Shown one piece after another: positions 1 to 15,661 of a stretch of 64,000 bases of DNA; within the stretch, counting starts at the first letter, position 1; each line of letters opens with the position of its first letter. The DNA is from the human T2T-CHM13v2.0 reference genome, Homo sapiens, in the NCBI RefSeq assembly GCF_009914755.1, contig NC_060925.1, one strand, 5' to 3'. The translations under genes were made by a program, and so were the position numbers. The notes under the pieces are model-generated. The model saw only the letters and a list, made by a program, of their open reading frames with translations, was not told where the DNA came from and made no database searches.

Positions 1-80
1 ATACATAGATCAAAATATTACCTTGTACCCCATAAATGTATACAATTTATGATTTGTCATAATAATACTAATAAAAAGAA
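1..80 (+). mobile_element. 3' terminus of an old L1 (L1MA/PB-like)
   Basis: TGTACCCCATAAATGTATACAATT...GTCA followed by an A-rich tail resembles the L1MA 3' end. Confidence 0.6.
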
Positions 81-378
81 ATCATGACAGTAATAATAGT
101 TCAATTTAACATATTTAATGAGAACGGAAGACATGCTTTTAATTTAATATTGCAATTAACTATAAAGAAGACTGAATTTCTAATTAGTCTACTAGACCTA
201 ATATATTTAAGAGTATTAAAATATTACTGTAGGAAAAAATATCTTAATTCTTCTTCATTTTATAATATAATTTTATGTAAAATCTAGGTATCATGCCATC
301 ACACATGAGGTAAGCAAAGTTAATAATAATGTATGACCCTCAGTTCCCATTGCTCTTCAGTCATCAGAAATGCTGTAA

Positions 379-719
<341 letters not shown>

Positions 720-1893
720 TCACAAGAAACAGTAGTGAAAGCTGTGAATATACTGCTTAAATAATTTTGAGAAATCAGAAACTTATAAAGCCCATCTTAA
801 ATTCAGTTCTTTAGGGGCTTGGCCGCAATTCTTCAAAATGTTGTAAAAATAAAATACTCTCATATATGCTGAAAGCTTTCTAAGCCATAAATATCTGCAC
901 AAATGTTTAACTTCATTAGAAATAATTAGAATACAATATATGTGTAATATAATTAGATAATAAATGTAATCTACACATATAATTACACAGAATAAAATTA
1001 TATGTGTTATATAATTAGATAATAAATATAAATATATGTACAGTATTGCATAACATTATTTTATGTAAAATATGACTCATATTCAGCAAATTAAGATAGA
1101 TATGAACTTATATAACCTTATGATTAAATACATTTACTCAGCAATGTTGATCAGAAAAATAATAATTTTTATTGCAAAGTCAAAATTTATCTGGGTTACT
1201 TGGAAGAGATAAATTTCTAAAGTCAGTGATTCAGAGATGTGTCTCCACAGGTCAAAAAGTCATTATGGAGCTGCAACCAACATACAAAGGGAAATACTGC
1301 AGAAATTTTCATTCTTATTGCCCCTAAGGAGGGTACTTAGAACAAGGGATGGAATGTAGCTGTATGAAGGGTAGAGCAAACTGTGTGTGCTATGGGAAAT
1401 ACATTTCTTCTTGAAGTTAATGATATTATCATGAGAAAACCACAGGGAAACAAAATAAAGTGGGGACCTCACTTGGGTTACTTTACCATATTCTATTTTC
1501 AAGGAAAATCTATAAAGACATATGGAAAGACAAAGAAGAGATTATTGAGATAAATAATAACGCCTGTGTCAGAGCTCTGAGTACCACAGATTTTTTTTTT
1601 CATTCTGCCACATAAGTGTAGAAAAATACATCCTACACCAGATTTGCCTATCTGATCCTGTTTCTGACCTCACTAACTGTTATGGAAACTAAGGAAACCA
1701 GAATAGGAAAGGTGGATGCTCACTTTCACTGTGCTTTGTAAATGCCTACAATCTCAGCAATAGTGACAACCTGCTGTTTGGACTCTTCTGCCCTCCACTG
1801 TTGTACCCTAAAAATTCCAGTTTCTCCAGCTGTAGTGTACAGTGGTAGACTACAGGAAATCTACATTTTAAATTTTGATCTCATTTTAAGCTT

Positions 1894-2343
1894 TGTGAAA
1901 GGAAAATAAATCTTGGGGCCCCAAAATCACTCAGCTAAAGGGAAAAGTCAAGCTGGGAACTGCTTGGGCAAACCTGCCTAATAATCTATTCAAAGTCATC
2001 CCTCTGCTTACTGAGATAAACACATATTTGATTGCCTCCTTTGGAAAGGCTAATCAGAAACTCAAAAGAATACAACCATTTGTCTCTTCTCTACCTATGA
2101 CCTAGAAGTTCTCTCCCCATTTTGAATTTTCCTGCCTCTCTGGACCTAACCAATGTTCATCTTACATGTATAATTGATGTCTCATGTCTCCCTAAAATGT
2201 ATAAAACCAAGATGTGCTCCGACTACCTTGGGCACATGTCATCAGGACCTCCTGAGGCTGTGTCACTCGCATGCAACCTTAATTTTGGCAAAATAAACAT
2301 CCTAAATTGACTGAGATCTGTCTCAGATTTTTTGGTGGTCACA
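1894..2343 (+). mobile_element. ERV1 solo LTR, MER4A-like
   Basis: TGTGAAAGGAAAATAAATCTTGGGGCCCCAAAATCACT start, AATAAA near the end, CA terminus, 4-bp TSD gctt/gttt. Confidence 0.85.
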
Positions 2344-2717
2344 GTTTTTAGGGCCATGCAAAGGATAAAATAGATACCTTCATAACCATTTCCACTTCTC
2401 TGAGCACCAAAGGAATGTAAAATAAGGAGGTATCAGATACTGGGATATAGAATACTAAAATTAAAATGATCGAAATTTTTTGTAGGTAGAACAGATAAAT
2501 TACTTGTTTTTATTCCACAGAGAAAAAAATAAAATAACTTAAGGAAAACATTAATGAATGTTTGAGGTGTCTAACTTTAAAGCCCTTATAAAGTATTTCC
2601 ATTAATTTCACTTTACTATGTCTTGGCTTCTGTGCTTAACAATATTGCTCAGAATGACTGCAGCTTACAGCACTTACATTTAACAAATATAACTTTTTTT
2701 TTTTCAAACTTAGATGA

Positions 2718-3092
2718 TGATATGGTTTGGCTGTTCCCCCACCCACATCTTATCTTGAATTGTCATTTCCATAATCCCCACATGTCCTGGGAGGGGCCCT
2801 GTGGGAGGTAATTGAATCATGGGGGTGGTTGCCCTCATTCTGTTTGCATGACAGTGAATGGGTTCTCATGAGATCTGATGGTTTTATAAGGGGCTTTCTC
2901 CCTGCTTCACTCAGCACTTCCCCTTCCTGCCACCACGTGAAGAAGGAAATGTTTGCTTTCTCTCCTGCCATGATTGTAAGTTTCCCGAGGCCTCTCCAGC
3001 CCTGTAGAACTTTGAGTCAATTAAACCTCGTTTTTTTATAAATTATCCAGTCTTGGGCAGTTCTTTATAGCAGTATGAGAAGGGACTAATAA
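2718..3092 (+). mobile_element. THE1 (MaLR) solo LTR
   Basis: TGATATGGTTTGGCTG start; TAAATTATCCAGTC...GGACTAAT end. Confidence 0.9.
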
Positions 3093-3951
3093 TTAATGTA
3101 AAACTACATTTGATTAATTACCACCAAATATCCCAAAATTTATATTTGGAGAAAAAGAAATGCAAAGCTAAAATAAAGTAGCAATTGAGAACCATGTTGA
3201 TCACTTATACATGATCAAGCAGTGTTTTATGTTTTTTTACTGATCTTTCTTTCCCCCTATAATAAAACGATTCTAGTTTCTTGACACTGGGAGAAAACCT
3301 CAAACAAGTAAAAAATTTTTACTTTTTAAAAAAATTGCTGAATGTTATCAAAATAGAAGAAGAATACAATAAAAGTGACTCTTTAACTGTGGTGTAAATT
3401 TCCTACATTAAAAAAAGTCTTTTTCTTTTTGACCTGATATAGCTATTTTCAACTCTTAAATTTGATGGACATGCCCCATGTTTCAAACAGAGTCAGGCAT
3501 GCTGGGCATAGGAGAGTCTGGCAATTGAGATGTCTATGACATTTTTGACTTCTCTATTCATTGATATCTCATCTGTGGCTCTTTGTGGCAGCTATGAAGA
3601 GGACATTATTCTTTGAAAAGTCTTATTTTCTGATGTGAACATAGTCTCCAGAGCCACCTGTTCATATTACAATTTCAAGATATAATAAAAAAGTATGTTA
3701 TCCAGATAAAAATATTTCCCTGAAGAATTCAAGAATTCCTTTGTCTAATGTCTGGTATTTTAAAATCTTTCTTTGTCAAAACATAAGTATTTCTTCTTTT
3801 TTCCTGTTGAAATGAAAATTCTAAATCAAATGTACCCTTGTATTCCACTAAAAGTTATTCATAATTTAAGGCAAACACAGGGTCTAAATTCTATTTCTCA
3901 TGTTTTATGCTTGGTTTACTTGTTTTTGAGTTCAGTTTTATGAAATAATAT

Positions 3952-4240
3952 TCATGCCTGTAATCCCAACACTTTGGGAGGCTGAGGCAGGCAGATCATG
4001 AGGTCAGGAGTTTGAGATCAGCCTGAGCAACATGGTGAAAAACCATCTCTATTGAAAATACAAAAATTAGCCAGGCATGGTGGCACGCACCTGTAATCCT
4101 AGCTACTCAGGAGGCTGAGGAAGGAGAATCGCTTGAACCTGGGAGGTGGTGGTGGCAGTGAACCGAGATGGCACCACTGCACTACAGTCTGGGCAACAGC
4201 GGGAGACTCCATCTCAGAAAAAAGAAAGAAAGAAAGAAAG
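3952..4240 (+). mobile_element. AluS, slightly 5'-truncated, (GAAA)n tail
   Basis: Alu dimer sequence beginning at tcatgcctgtaatccc. Confidence 0.93.
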
Positions 4241-4877
4241 AATGCTGAAAATTTTAATTTATTGGCACCAAAACAAAATCTCTACAAGAATTATTTTTTT
4301 CTACTAAATGAATCATGAATGAGACAACAAACAAAAGTTATATTTAACGCATTAGGATCATATTGTGAATTTCAATTATTAGTGTCTGGAATTGGGAGTC
4401 AGATGACTACATGTTCTGATTTTGATATATCACCAAATGGAGTAATCATCCATGTATTCCTTACATAATAAATATTTAATTAATAGCAAGATATCTAACA
4501 TTATGCTAGATATCGGGTATCTGTAGTGAGGAAAAAACAAAGAAACCAAAAACAGCCCTGTTTTGTTGGGGGCCTATTTTGAAATGGAAAGTTTGGAAGA
4601 ATGAAGCAGGAACATTCTGGTTGATTTTACTGAATGAAAAGTTAGATAAATTATAAAGAAGTGGGGGTATATTCCATATTGAGAAAACAGTATGTGAAAA
4701 GTTCCTATGGATTTTTCTGAGGAAAGTTTAAAACGAAGGTGAAAATGGAAAGCTCTTCTGCTTTAGGCAATAAAAGTCTGAGACTATCCATGTAAGTTTT
4801 ACTTTCAGTCTTTGAAGACTTGATCTCAAGATTCTTTAGTATTTTAAGCAATTTCACCATCAACTGAATAACATGAT

Positions 4878-5787
4878 TGTTATATTGTAATATAATAAGT
4901 CCATATTTTTTCTCTATCCCTGGTAAAATGCTTGTAATTTCTTGGTTATCATGGTGCTAGAGGCATCTTTTGTTCAAATATTTGGTCTTTGACTCCAGGT
5001 TCTGACACAGGCTGTAAATCTCTTGAAATTTCCTAGGTGATAGGCATGTCTTTTGTTCTAATGACTTTTGTTGGGTTTCAGGATGGGGCTGGTCACCAGA
5101 AAGACCAAGCCATAATTAGAGGCTTAGAACTTTCTTTCATCCTCACTCCTCAGCCTGTGGGAGGGGGAGTGGGGTTGGAGATTGAGTTAGTAATTAATCA
5201 TGACTACATGATGAAGCCTCCATAAAAAGAAAATGCCTGAACTACAGGCTTCAGAGAGTTTCTTGGTTGCCAACCAGATGGAGGTGCTAGAAGAATGGCA
5301 CACCTGAAGAGGTCATGGAAAATCCACACGTATTCCCGTTTATGTTAGCCTATGTATTTCTTCATGTGGATATTCATCTATATCCTTTGTCATGTCCTTT
5401 ATTAATATAATAAACTAGTAAATCTAAGTATTTTCCTGAGATCTGTGAGTTGTGTAGCAGGTTCATCAAACCCGAGGAAAGGGTCGTAGCAATGCCGTTT
5501 TATAACTTGTTAGGTAGGTTTAGGAAGATGAACAACCTAGGGCTTGCAATTGACACCTGAATTTGGGGCTGGGTCTTATTGGATTAAGACCTTAACCTGT
5601 GGGATCTGATGCTATCTCCAGGTAGAGAGTGTCAGAATTGAGTTAAATTGTAAGACATTCAGTTTGTGTCCACTGAAGAATTGTTTTGTCTATGGGGAAA
5701 ACCCTCTAAACTATCTGGTGTCAGAAGTGTTCTGTGTTGAGTGGTGTGAAAGAACCCAAACAGGTTGTTTTTTTCTTGTCTAATACA
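4878..5787 (+). mobile_element. MER21-family solo LTR
   Basis: TG...CA termini, perfect 5-bp TSD ATGAT (4873-4877, 5788-5792), MER21 motif GGGGCTGGTCACCAGAAAGACCAAG. Confidence 0.8.
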
Positions 5788-6239
5788 ATGATCCTTGACT
5801 TACATATGTTCTTTCTTAATGAAGCCACCTTTCTATCCAGTGAAATGATAAATGATATAGTGCCATATCATACATCTTCAATGTAGATAACATCCCGTTG
5901 CACACTAATTAAATGTATAATCTTCCTGATATACTCTCGAGTTCTATTTATTTACTTAAAGTATTGGAATAAGTGAAAATGAAGGAAGGTGGGACATTTA
6001 ATGTTCTTTTTTAGGACAACCACCTTACGGTATTCATACTTCTATCAGATATAGAGCCATTTTTAAGTTGAATTCTGTAGAAAAACATTCTATGTGACAA
6101 ACAATTTTTTAAATAATTATTCTAACTATAGCATGCAAGTAACAACAGTTCTACAGAGACTGACTGCCACTATCAGAACACTCAGATTAAAATAATGAGG
6201 AAAAATGTTTTCTATAAAGGTCAGTCCAGGAAAGGAAAA

Positions 6240-6762
6240 ATAAAGTATGCTGTCTTTAAAATACGGATTTTGGCACTTCCCCTGTAGAGAATTCTTTCCC
6301 TTGAATCTGGGTAGCTTGTGACTGTTTCGACCATAGAGTATGGTAGGAGTGATGCTATGTGACTTCCAAGGCAAGGTCACCAAATATCATACTGTCTTAT
6401 TCAATAGCACGTTCACTCTTGGAGCCCTGAGTTACTTGTAAGAATTCCAGTTACCTCAAGTTTGCCATGCTGTGAAGATGCACAAGCCAAATGGAAACCA
6501 ACAATCATATCTTTACCCTCTGTCTCACGTGTGTAAAGAAACCTTTAGATGATTCCACCATCTAGCTCTTTAAGTCACTCCGACATTCAAGTTTTTCAGA
6601 TGTAGAATGGAAATAAATCATACCCACTGTACCTTCTTGGAGTCTGACTCACAGAATCCCAGATCATAATACAATGACTGTTGTTTCATGACAATGATTG
6701 TTGTTTCATGACACCAATGTGGGTTGTGGGTGGTTATTACACATTGATAGATAACTGGAACA
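6240..6762 (+). mobile_element. MLT1H-like MaLR LTR
   Basis: CCCTTGAATCTGGG...GTGACTG motif and ...TAGATAACTGGAACA terminus; internal 20-bp tandem duplication 6671-6710. Confidence 0.7.
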
Positions 6763-6834
6763 TTATTACAGTGATGTTTCAGTAAAGCCCAATACATATT
6801 GCTAATGAGTGCAGTGAATACAATTTGCCAAATT

Positions 6835-6950
6835 GAATTGTAGCCCCAGCTTACTATTTTTGGCTGTGCAAATTGTGCTAATATTACACCATATTTAATT
6901 TAGTTTCCTCACCTATGAAATGAAAACTGTGAACCAGATCACCTCTGGAT
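6835..6950 (+). mobile_element. MIR fragment
   Basis: Core-like AGTTTCCTCACCTATGAAATG. Confidence 0.5.
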
Positions 6951-8954
6951 TATTACCATAATGTACTCTTATTTTTACGTGTCTTAATGTATTTTTTCAT
7001 ATCAACTGTATACATTCAGGAATGTTTTATCTGTACCTTTCATGAGACCTTATAGTTTGCGCTTTTTTTTATACATTAATAGTCTTTTGTATGATTAGCT
7101 GACTCTACAACTTGATTATACTTCCTTAGAATTTATATGTTAATAAACTCAGAAGGCTTTGTGCATAAGAGGCAGTCAGAGATAATAAATTGACTACTCT
7201 ATTAATGTATTAGGCACCAATAAAAAACACAAAGGAGGTATAAAATTTAAATCCTATTTTTCATCAACTTGTGCTCAAATTGAAAGGACCTGATTGTAAA
7301 TGGAGAACAATTCAATATAAAATTAAATACTGCATGGTATAATAATAAATACTTTAGTAGAGAAATGCCAATATATTTTGATGATTTCAGTAAGTGTAGT
7401 GTATACTTACAGAAAACTGATTCTGTGTGTGTTTTGCTATTTTTCCAATTAGTTCTCACATTTTCATTCTTTACTAAGAAAATTCATGTATGATTTACTC
7501 TTCATTCATTAGCTAAATAGAATGGAAATAAGAAAGAAAAGTAATTCTTGAAGCTTCATCTTGGGAAATGTGTAAGTAGTTCTAGGATTTTGGAGTGGCT
7601 ACCATATGTAAGCTAGAAGAGACAAGTTGCCATGAGGACATGAAATCAGAGAGCTGCTGGCAAAGACAAGCACTTCATGCTTTACTCTAAGTTCAGGTGC
7701 CTTCAGCAGTCTAAGTTAATGATTATTAACTGTTCTATTTTGCTTTCTGCTAAACTACTAGAATCTGCTCTCCGATTTTTTTTTAGTAAATGATACGTAT
7801 GTGTTGTATGTTGTTATGAGCCACTATAATATAGCACAAATACAGAAAACAATATGCTGTACTAAAATAGCCAAATAAAGCAATAAAGTTTCTTAACATT
7901 TACCTGGGAAAATCCATTGAAAATCAACATTAATTTAGCCTTGACAGTTTATGGTATTGTTATTATTATTTCTGGGATTTATTTTTGCAAATAAAATGGA
8001 TGTTGCTCTCTTTATATTTATGTATACACAAACATGTATAAACTTACTTATGAGTATTACTTGAGACCTCATAATGTAACTCAATTTGTTCTCTGTCTTT
8101 GGAAAAAAGAATTAATGTCATAATTTTTAAAAGTTGTTTTGTAATAATCTATAGGGAATTTTTCATAATACTATTGAGTATATGACAATTATTATTTGTT
8201 TTAAGATATACTTAACATTCACTTTTCTCATCATAGGTGAAACCTCAAGATACAAAACAGCATCTAGCAATACAATAAATACCTGCATTTTGATCTATTT
8301 TGAGATAAATAACTTTAGAGAATGTCAGCCTCCAGGGTTGTCGTCAATGGCAGAGAGTTAAAACAATAAAATATCAGAATTTCTATAGAATATTATAAAT
8401 CAGGCATATTTTCTTCTTTTATGATCAATGTTCCTTAATAAAAAGAGAAAAAATTATAAGTGCTATAAATCAGTAAATATATGTTTAGGTTTTGGAAAAC
8501 AAAAAATAGACTTGATTTATATTTTTAACATAAATATTAAAAACACAAAAATTGTTTGAACCAAAATGACTTATTTATCCGACATGTATTATTCTCTTTT
8601 AGGGAAGAATGATAATAGAAAAAAGCACAAATAGGGGAAATATAAGGATAATTAGAGAGAGAAAAGTGAAGAATATCATATTGAGTAATCAAAGGCATAA
8701 ATACCTGAGAATCAATGAAAAGAAAAATGAAGCCAAAATTTTCTGCCATGAGGTCATTCCTCCCCATAGTCTACCTGAAAATGTTGATCATAATAGCAGT
8801 AAGTTGATTCATTCCCTCATATGTCTACTATTTTTGAATACTTATTAAGTGCCAGATATTCCTCTATAAATGGGGAATATAATAGTGAATATTTTATCAT
8901 TTTGAGAACTTGAAAAAATTAAATTAGTAAAAGAATATGAAGCATTATTTCATT

Positions 8955-9172
8955 CAGAGATTGGAAAACTTTTTCTGTAAACATTCAGTTAGTAAATATT
9001 TTAGGCTTTGAGATCCATATAGTCTGTATTGCAATGATTCAATTTTGCTAGTATATGAAGCAGCTGTAGATACAGTGAATGAACTGGTGTGTCTATTTTT
9101 TTATCAAACTTTTTAATTACAAAAACGGGCGATGGGTGAGATTTAGCTCATGCTGTACTTTGTTGCCCCAAT
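8955..9172. mobile_element. MER58A-like hAT/Charlie MITE
   Basis: AAACTTTTTCTGTAAA...TAGTAAATATTTTAGGCTTTG...TACAAAAAC motifs, ~220 bp. Confidence 0.75.
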
Positions 9173-9829
9173 TTAGTACCATTACTAAGCATGTTATGAA
9201 CAATCAATTAAATTAGCTTAAGTCTCTGCTTTATAACTTGGATTCTAATGTCTTTCTTTCACTTACTACCTTTCCCCTAAGCCTCATAAGTCAAATCCTC
9301 AATTAGCAGATTTCAACCAAGTGAACAAGAACTTGAGTTTTTGTCTCATGATCCCTCTTTTCAACTTTGCCGTTATACAAAGGTCTGAAACCAAAAGTAA
9401 GACACTTATCTTGTATTTTTTTTCAATTTCCCAGCTGTTTAAAATATTATTCTCTTTGCTGTCTCCAATAGATATACGGTCTAGCTTGCTTTCTATGTTT
9501 TGCCTTAGATCAGTTATGTCTCTGGCCTACCAAATTTCCCATTTCTCCTAAAATATATCTCCTCATCTATTATCACTCAGAAAACAACTTCTTTCCCAAA
9601 ACTGCTGATGAATTCTACCAGAAATCTGCTTAATGTCTGCTTATTCAGTGGGATTCTTTCTGTCTCTTTCCTAGATGCATAAACATATTAATTGCAACCT
9701 TAATTTCTCGAGAGGGACAAGGAGACAGGGCAGCCAACAATCAGATTTGATTTTGTAATCTGAGTAAGAGTTCACATGACTGGATGGAAGAAGCACAAAA
9801 GTGAGAGTGAGAGGAAATCAATTATAATC

Positions 9830-9945
9830 CTTACTGTGTCAAGTCATGTGACTCTGAACTGGTAACTTAGTACATGTGCAGCTCAGTTTCCTCATCATAA
9901 AATAAAGAGGTTGATATAAATGCTAATTAAGAACTCTTTCTGCTC
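9830..9945 (+). mobile_element. MIR fragment
   Basis: GCTCAGTTTCCTCATC core. Confidence 0.5.
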
Positions 9946-11715
9946 CAAAATAAGTAAGTCATAATTTTAGGTTGGTTTGGGTTGTGCCATTTGTGGTCTT
10001 GCTTCCAATTAAAGGATTTTACCTGAGAAAATTATTGCAGTGTCCATATTTTAACTGGAATAAAAATTCTTTGCCTTTATTCATTTATTTATTTATTCAA
10101 AAATTACATACCAGAGGCATACTTTATATTAGACATTTCTGGATATTGCTCATTAAAAAGGGTAGTTTGTCAGTAATATAATAAAATAACCTAAATACAT
10201 TTTAATATGCCTGTAATCTCTGGAGATATGCTGATAAAATGTGTATGAAAAGACAAAGGGAACAATTTTATAGAAACTGATGTTAGGATACATTGAATAA
10301 CTTTAAAGGAGGACTGGGAAATAGTTATTGTAATAACTTTCTAAAGTGAGATTCAGTGTCATTTCAAAAGATAAATTAACATTTCAGTAAAAAGTACTAA
10401 CTAATGGCCACTATAAAAGATAATATTGGGAGACCTGAATATTTGAGATGCAAATAAAATATTGTTCTCAAAATATCTAAATTCTACAAGACAGTTTGTC
10501 TTTTATACATGTATTCATTCATTTATCCATCCACCTAATAATTATTAAGTTTTGACAGAGATACTAAGAAGATAAAGCACTACCTCATTTAAAAATAAAA
10601 ATAATTCTACAAGAACATAATATGTACCATACATTTTTGTTTTTGATGGCTTTACACCAAAAGTTGCAGCCTCAATGAACGAGCATTTTCTGTCACGAGT
10701 CTGAATTATTTTAAAACTTTGAAATCTAAGAATACTACTTTATTTGTTTACATTCACTTAATATTATTTGCAAAATACAATCTTATTTATTTATTTTAAA
10801 AAGTCTGAAAATATACCCAATGCAATAGCAAAGAAATTTAAATGATTAAAGCTACATCGACTATCTAGGTCACTAAAAAATTGTAACTAGTTGTTTTGCT
10901 TTTGCTGTTTTTAGCCACGGAAATCTCATTTCCTTTAAAAATAAAAAACATAATGTTGCACATATATTCCCCTACAGGCTTACCTTTTTATAAACAAGTT
11001 TTATTCAATAAAATACTTTGTAGTCCTAAAACTTTCTTTATTTTACTGGATTTTAAATCTGTAAAAGCAAATCTTTTCAATTCCATGAAATCTCATTTAA
11101 TTGCCTGCTGTGATTCTGCCCTAGCAGCAAGCTGAACCACCACTGCTCTGAAAGTGTAATAGAGCCATTTGCTCTAGTTGTAAGTTATAACTCTATGTCA
11201 GATAAACCACAAGTGATTAATTCTTAAGTTATACAAGAGAGGTTTTATTTTTTTTTTGTGATTGAATTTCACAATGGGCTATTGAGAATATCATTATAAA
11301 ATACTATTGATAACCTTTCTTAATATAATGTAGTGGTAAATTTATATTTCTCTCCTCAGGGACCTGAAATTTGAAATGTGTTGAGAAATCTTTGCAATTA
11401 TCCCTTAACAAAGGGTGCATTATCTGAGAGGAAAAAAGCCAATGGTTTTCAGATTGCCATATGACTATGAAAACGTACTTTGGAAAAAGAATGAATGTAT
11501 TTATTATGTAGAAAATGTCCACTTGCTTTTAAATCCACCAGAGTTTACCTCATATGTTAATCAAAGTAGTGTGCATACTTCAGCTGACTTAATCTTTTAT
11601 GGAAATGGATAGCTATTGTCAGACATCTTCAGTGTTTAAGCCCCAAGTCCTCTTCCTTATCTGCAGACCTGTAACTCCTGAGGCATTGTGATCATAACAC
11701 TTGCTTCTTTCTTTA

Positions 11716-12084
<369 letters not shown>

Positions 12085-12160
12085 TTCACTCAGTAAAACT
12101 AAAGTTGATAAAACACATGGTGATGATGAAGTTTTGTGCTACTACAAATTAATAGACTAT

Positions 12161-12521
12161 GGATATGGTTTGGCTGTGTCTCAACCCAAATCTCATTTTG
12201 AATAGTAGCTCCCATAATTCTCACATGTTGTGGGAGGGACCCAGTGGGAAATAATTGAATCATAGAGCCAGTTTCCCCTATACTGTTTTCATGGTAGTGA
12301 ATAAGTCTCATGAGAACTGATGGTTCTATAAGGGGTTTCCCCTGTCACTGGCTTTCATTCTCTCTTGCCTGCCACCATGTAAGATGTGCCTTTCACCTTC
12401 TGCCATGATTATGAGGCCTCCCCGGCCACGTGGAACTATGAGTCCATTAAACCTCTTTGTGTTTATAAATTACCCAGTCTTTGATAAGTCTGTATTAGCA
12501 ACATGAGAACAAACTAATACA
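12161..12521 (+). mobile_element. THE1 (D-like) solo LTR
   Basis: GATATGGTTTGGCTGTGTC start, ACTAATACA end, TSD actat/gctat. Confidence 0.9.
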
Positions 12522-13659
12522 GCTATGAAACTGAGGTTAGTCTCAGTCCTGATTTGTATTGTACAGATTTTTTAACTCATATGATTTCAAAAGTTTAAAG
12601 CCAATAAACTTGACCTTATCTTCAATGTCAAAAAGTATACAAGCATTGCATATTTATATTTACAGCTAGCAGTATAGAAGGTAGAATCACTACAACTAAT
12701 TTCCATCTCTTGCTTAAAGAACATTCTATTATCCAATATAGATGATACATCCAATAAAAGTGAACATAAAGACAATCTCTCAGATTTGTGTGTGTGGGTG
12801 TTGGATAAGATAAGACATAGAGACAAAAACTAGTGCAATTAGTTCATAGAACACTGAAGACCTCTTGGACATATAAGAAGTCCTTTCCATTTCATTAAAG
12901 TTATTCACAATTGCACACTCACTATCCATTAGATATTGCAAAAGGCATGTGTTCATTCATCCAGACATTCTTTTATTTATTTTTAACTGATTAATTCAGA
13001 CCAGACACTATTTGAAGTTCTCAAGGTACAGTCCTGAACAAAGTGGAAAAATCCCTGCCCTCAAATTTCTTACAAAAAAAAGATGAAGTAGAAGGTGATC
13101 TGAGTGATGAACAGGGGCCAGATTTAAAAAGACCTATCGTGCTTACTTAAAAAGATTAGTTTTTATGTAGCAGATGATGAATAATCATTGCAGGCTTTTT
13201 CACAAGAAGTAATATACATTTTCCTTTGAAAAATATATAATTTTATAACTAGCTGGAAGGTGATGAACAGTCATTTTAGTATTTTGAATAAAAGGTTAAC
13301 ATAATCACATATTTATTGCAAAATAATTTACTCCAATGTAGTTTAGAGATTAAATCAGGGGAAGGCAATAGTGGAAAATGTAAGGAGGAATTATATTTAT
13401 GGCCTGTTAGAGAAATGGCAACAAACAAACCATAGTGGATTAGGGGGCTTGAGAGAAGTTAGTTGATTTGATTGATATGAAGGAAGTAGAAGCATGAGGG
13501 TTTAGTAATTGGTAGGATCTGTAAAGTGGTGAGGAAGTAGGCAAGGACAATATAACAGGGGGTGGAGCCAGTCTGTGATATGACAACATTGTTATATGGA
13601 TGTTAATCTCTCTCACATTGCAAACAAACAACGTGTCCAGCAGTTCATCAACCAGATAC

Positions 13660-14925
13660 CACTTTTTTCTTCCCCCCTTTTCATCAAAACTTCGGAAAAG
13701 AATGGTCTATGCTTTGTCTCCAATTTTCTTTTCTCCCATCAAACTATCATGATACAACTCCACTGAAACTACTCTCATCAATGTCACTAATAATTTCCAT
13801 GTTACTACATTGAATTATCAAATTCCACTATTTATTTTACTTGGCCAATCAGCAGCATTTGACATAGTTGATTACTACCATTTCTTCATTTGGCTTCCAG
13901 AAATCCATTTTCTCTTGTTTTCTCTTATCACATTGATTATTCTTTCTCATTTATTTTATTATTTTCTTCCACCTTCTAATGTTGGTGTTGCTAAAGGCTC
14001 TGTTTTTGATCCTTTTCTCTTCTCAATTTATATTCACATTCCTAATTACTTCATCCAGGCTCATGGTTTTAAGTATAATTCACATGCTACTTACTTCTAA
14101 TTAAAATTTCCAATCCAAACTTCTTTTCTGAATTTTAGACATATAGTCAACCGCTTCTTCCACATCTTCACGTGGATTTCTAATAACCATTGTGAATTCA
14201 ATATATCCCAAATGTAACTTCTGATCTGTTCTCTCCCCTACCATCCACTACCACTGCAATCTACTTCAATTATAGGCCATCCCATTTCAGTTGAAATTAA
14301 TTAAACTTTTCAGTTTTCCACACCAAAGGTATAAAGCCATTCTTGAATCCTTTTGGCTCTCACACCTCATATCCAAGTCATCAGATAATCCTTTCTACAT
14401 TCAAGGTATTTCTAGAATTTTATTTTTTTCACTGCCTCTACTGCTGCATATTTGGTAGAAAGATCATTTTTCATCTGCATTGTTGTAATGACATCCCAAC
14501 TGGAATTCCTGCTTTTACTTTGCTCCTATAAAATTTGTTCTTACACAAAAGCAAAAGTAAACCTTAACAACAAAATTCAGTCATAACTCCTCTGATCAAA
14601 ACTCTTCAATATCTCCTTATTTCACTCAGAATAAAGTGAAAGACCTTACATAGCAAGTAAAGCTTTGCATATTTTGGTAACTCTAGCACCTTCCTGTCTT
14701 CATCAAAAATTCTTCCCTTCCCTAACTCAGCCCCAGTAATACTTGCATATTTTCTGTTCCTTGAAAATATGAACACAATCCCATCTTAGGGGCATTGCTG
14801 TGTTTAAATTACTTCCTCCTCCTAGAATTATCTTCCTGTCAGTCCTGCTTAGCTATCATTCTCACCTTGTTAATGGTTTTGCTCAATTTTTATCTTATCA
14901 ATGAAGCCTATCTGGACAACCATAC
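13660..14925 (+). mobile_element. L2 LINE, 3' part with decayed RT region
   Basis: L2 motifs CCACTGAAACT, TCAGCAGCATTTGACATAGTTGA (SAAFDIVD), CATGGTTTTAAGTAT. Confidence 0.8.
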
Positions 14926-15661
14926 AAGCAACCCACCTGAGAAGAAGCAGTTAGAGGAAAAGGAAAAAAAAAATCTGAGTGTGAGACGCCAGAAAACCAT
15001 ATCATTAAAAAAAATTAGTAAGGGATAGATGTGAAGCAAACACCAGGAGATCATGCAAGATAAGGACAAAATCGATCAGTTTGATTTAGTGGTAAAGAGC
15101 TTGTTTGTGATCTTGGCAAGTATAGTTGATTAGGATTGATACGTAAAAATGGTAGAGTATGCAGAATATCTGTTGTTATGCAATGGGATATCAATATACG
15201 ATTGATGTAAGACAATTTGAAAGACTGAGAAACTGAAGAACCATCTTGTTCCCACTCACTCTTATTCCCAGTTTTATTCTTTCTTTTTTTTTTTTTTTTT
15301 CAGGAAAGGACAGTGAAATACTCTTCATTCATAAAATGGGCATAAAGAATAAAGATACCTGGTTGGTAGTTGTAGGCTCTTGTCTGGAAATTTAATTTGA
15401 AGGCCACTGCTCTTCTACCAAACTATTGTGCTATTATTTATATTTTGCAGGAGAAAAGGTGAGACCCTGTGCCAAATAAAGGAATTAAAAATTAAAATGT
15501 GTCTGCTAACCTTTGGAAAACATTTACTTAAATCTATATTTCTTTGAAGTGATAATAAAATAATATATTTGAACAACAAAATTTTATAAACCTTCATTTA
15601 GATTACTTTATAGATTAATAAACCAGTGGAATGTTATTTTTTGTATTCAAAGGTGTTATTG

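Noticed and set aside
937-1027. 29-bp direct repeat with an internal 12-bp inverted repeat
   Set aside because: It sits in TA-rich low-complexity sequence where slippage explains it; no transposon ends.
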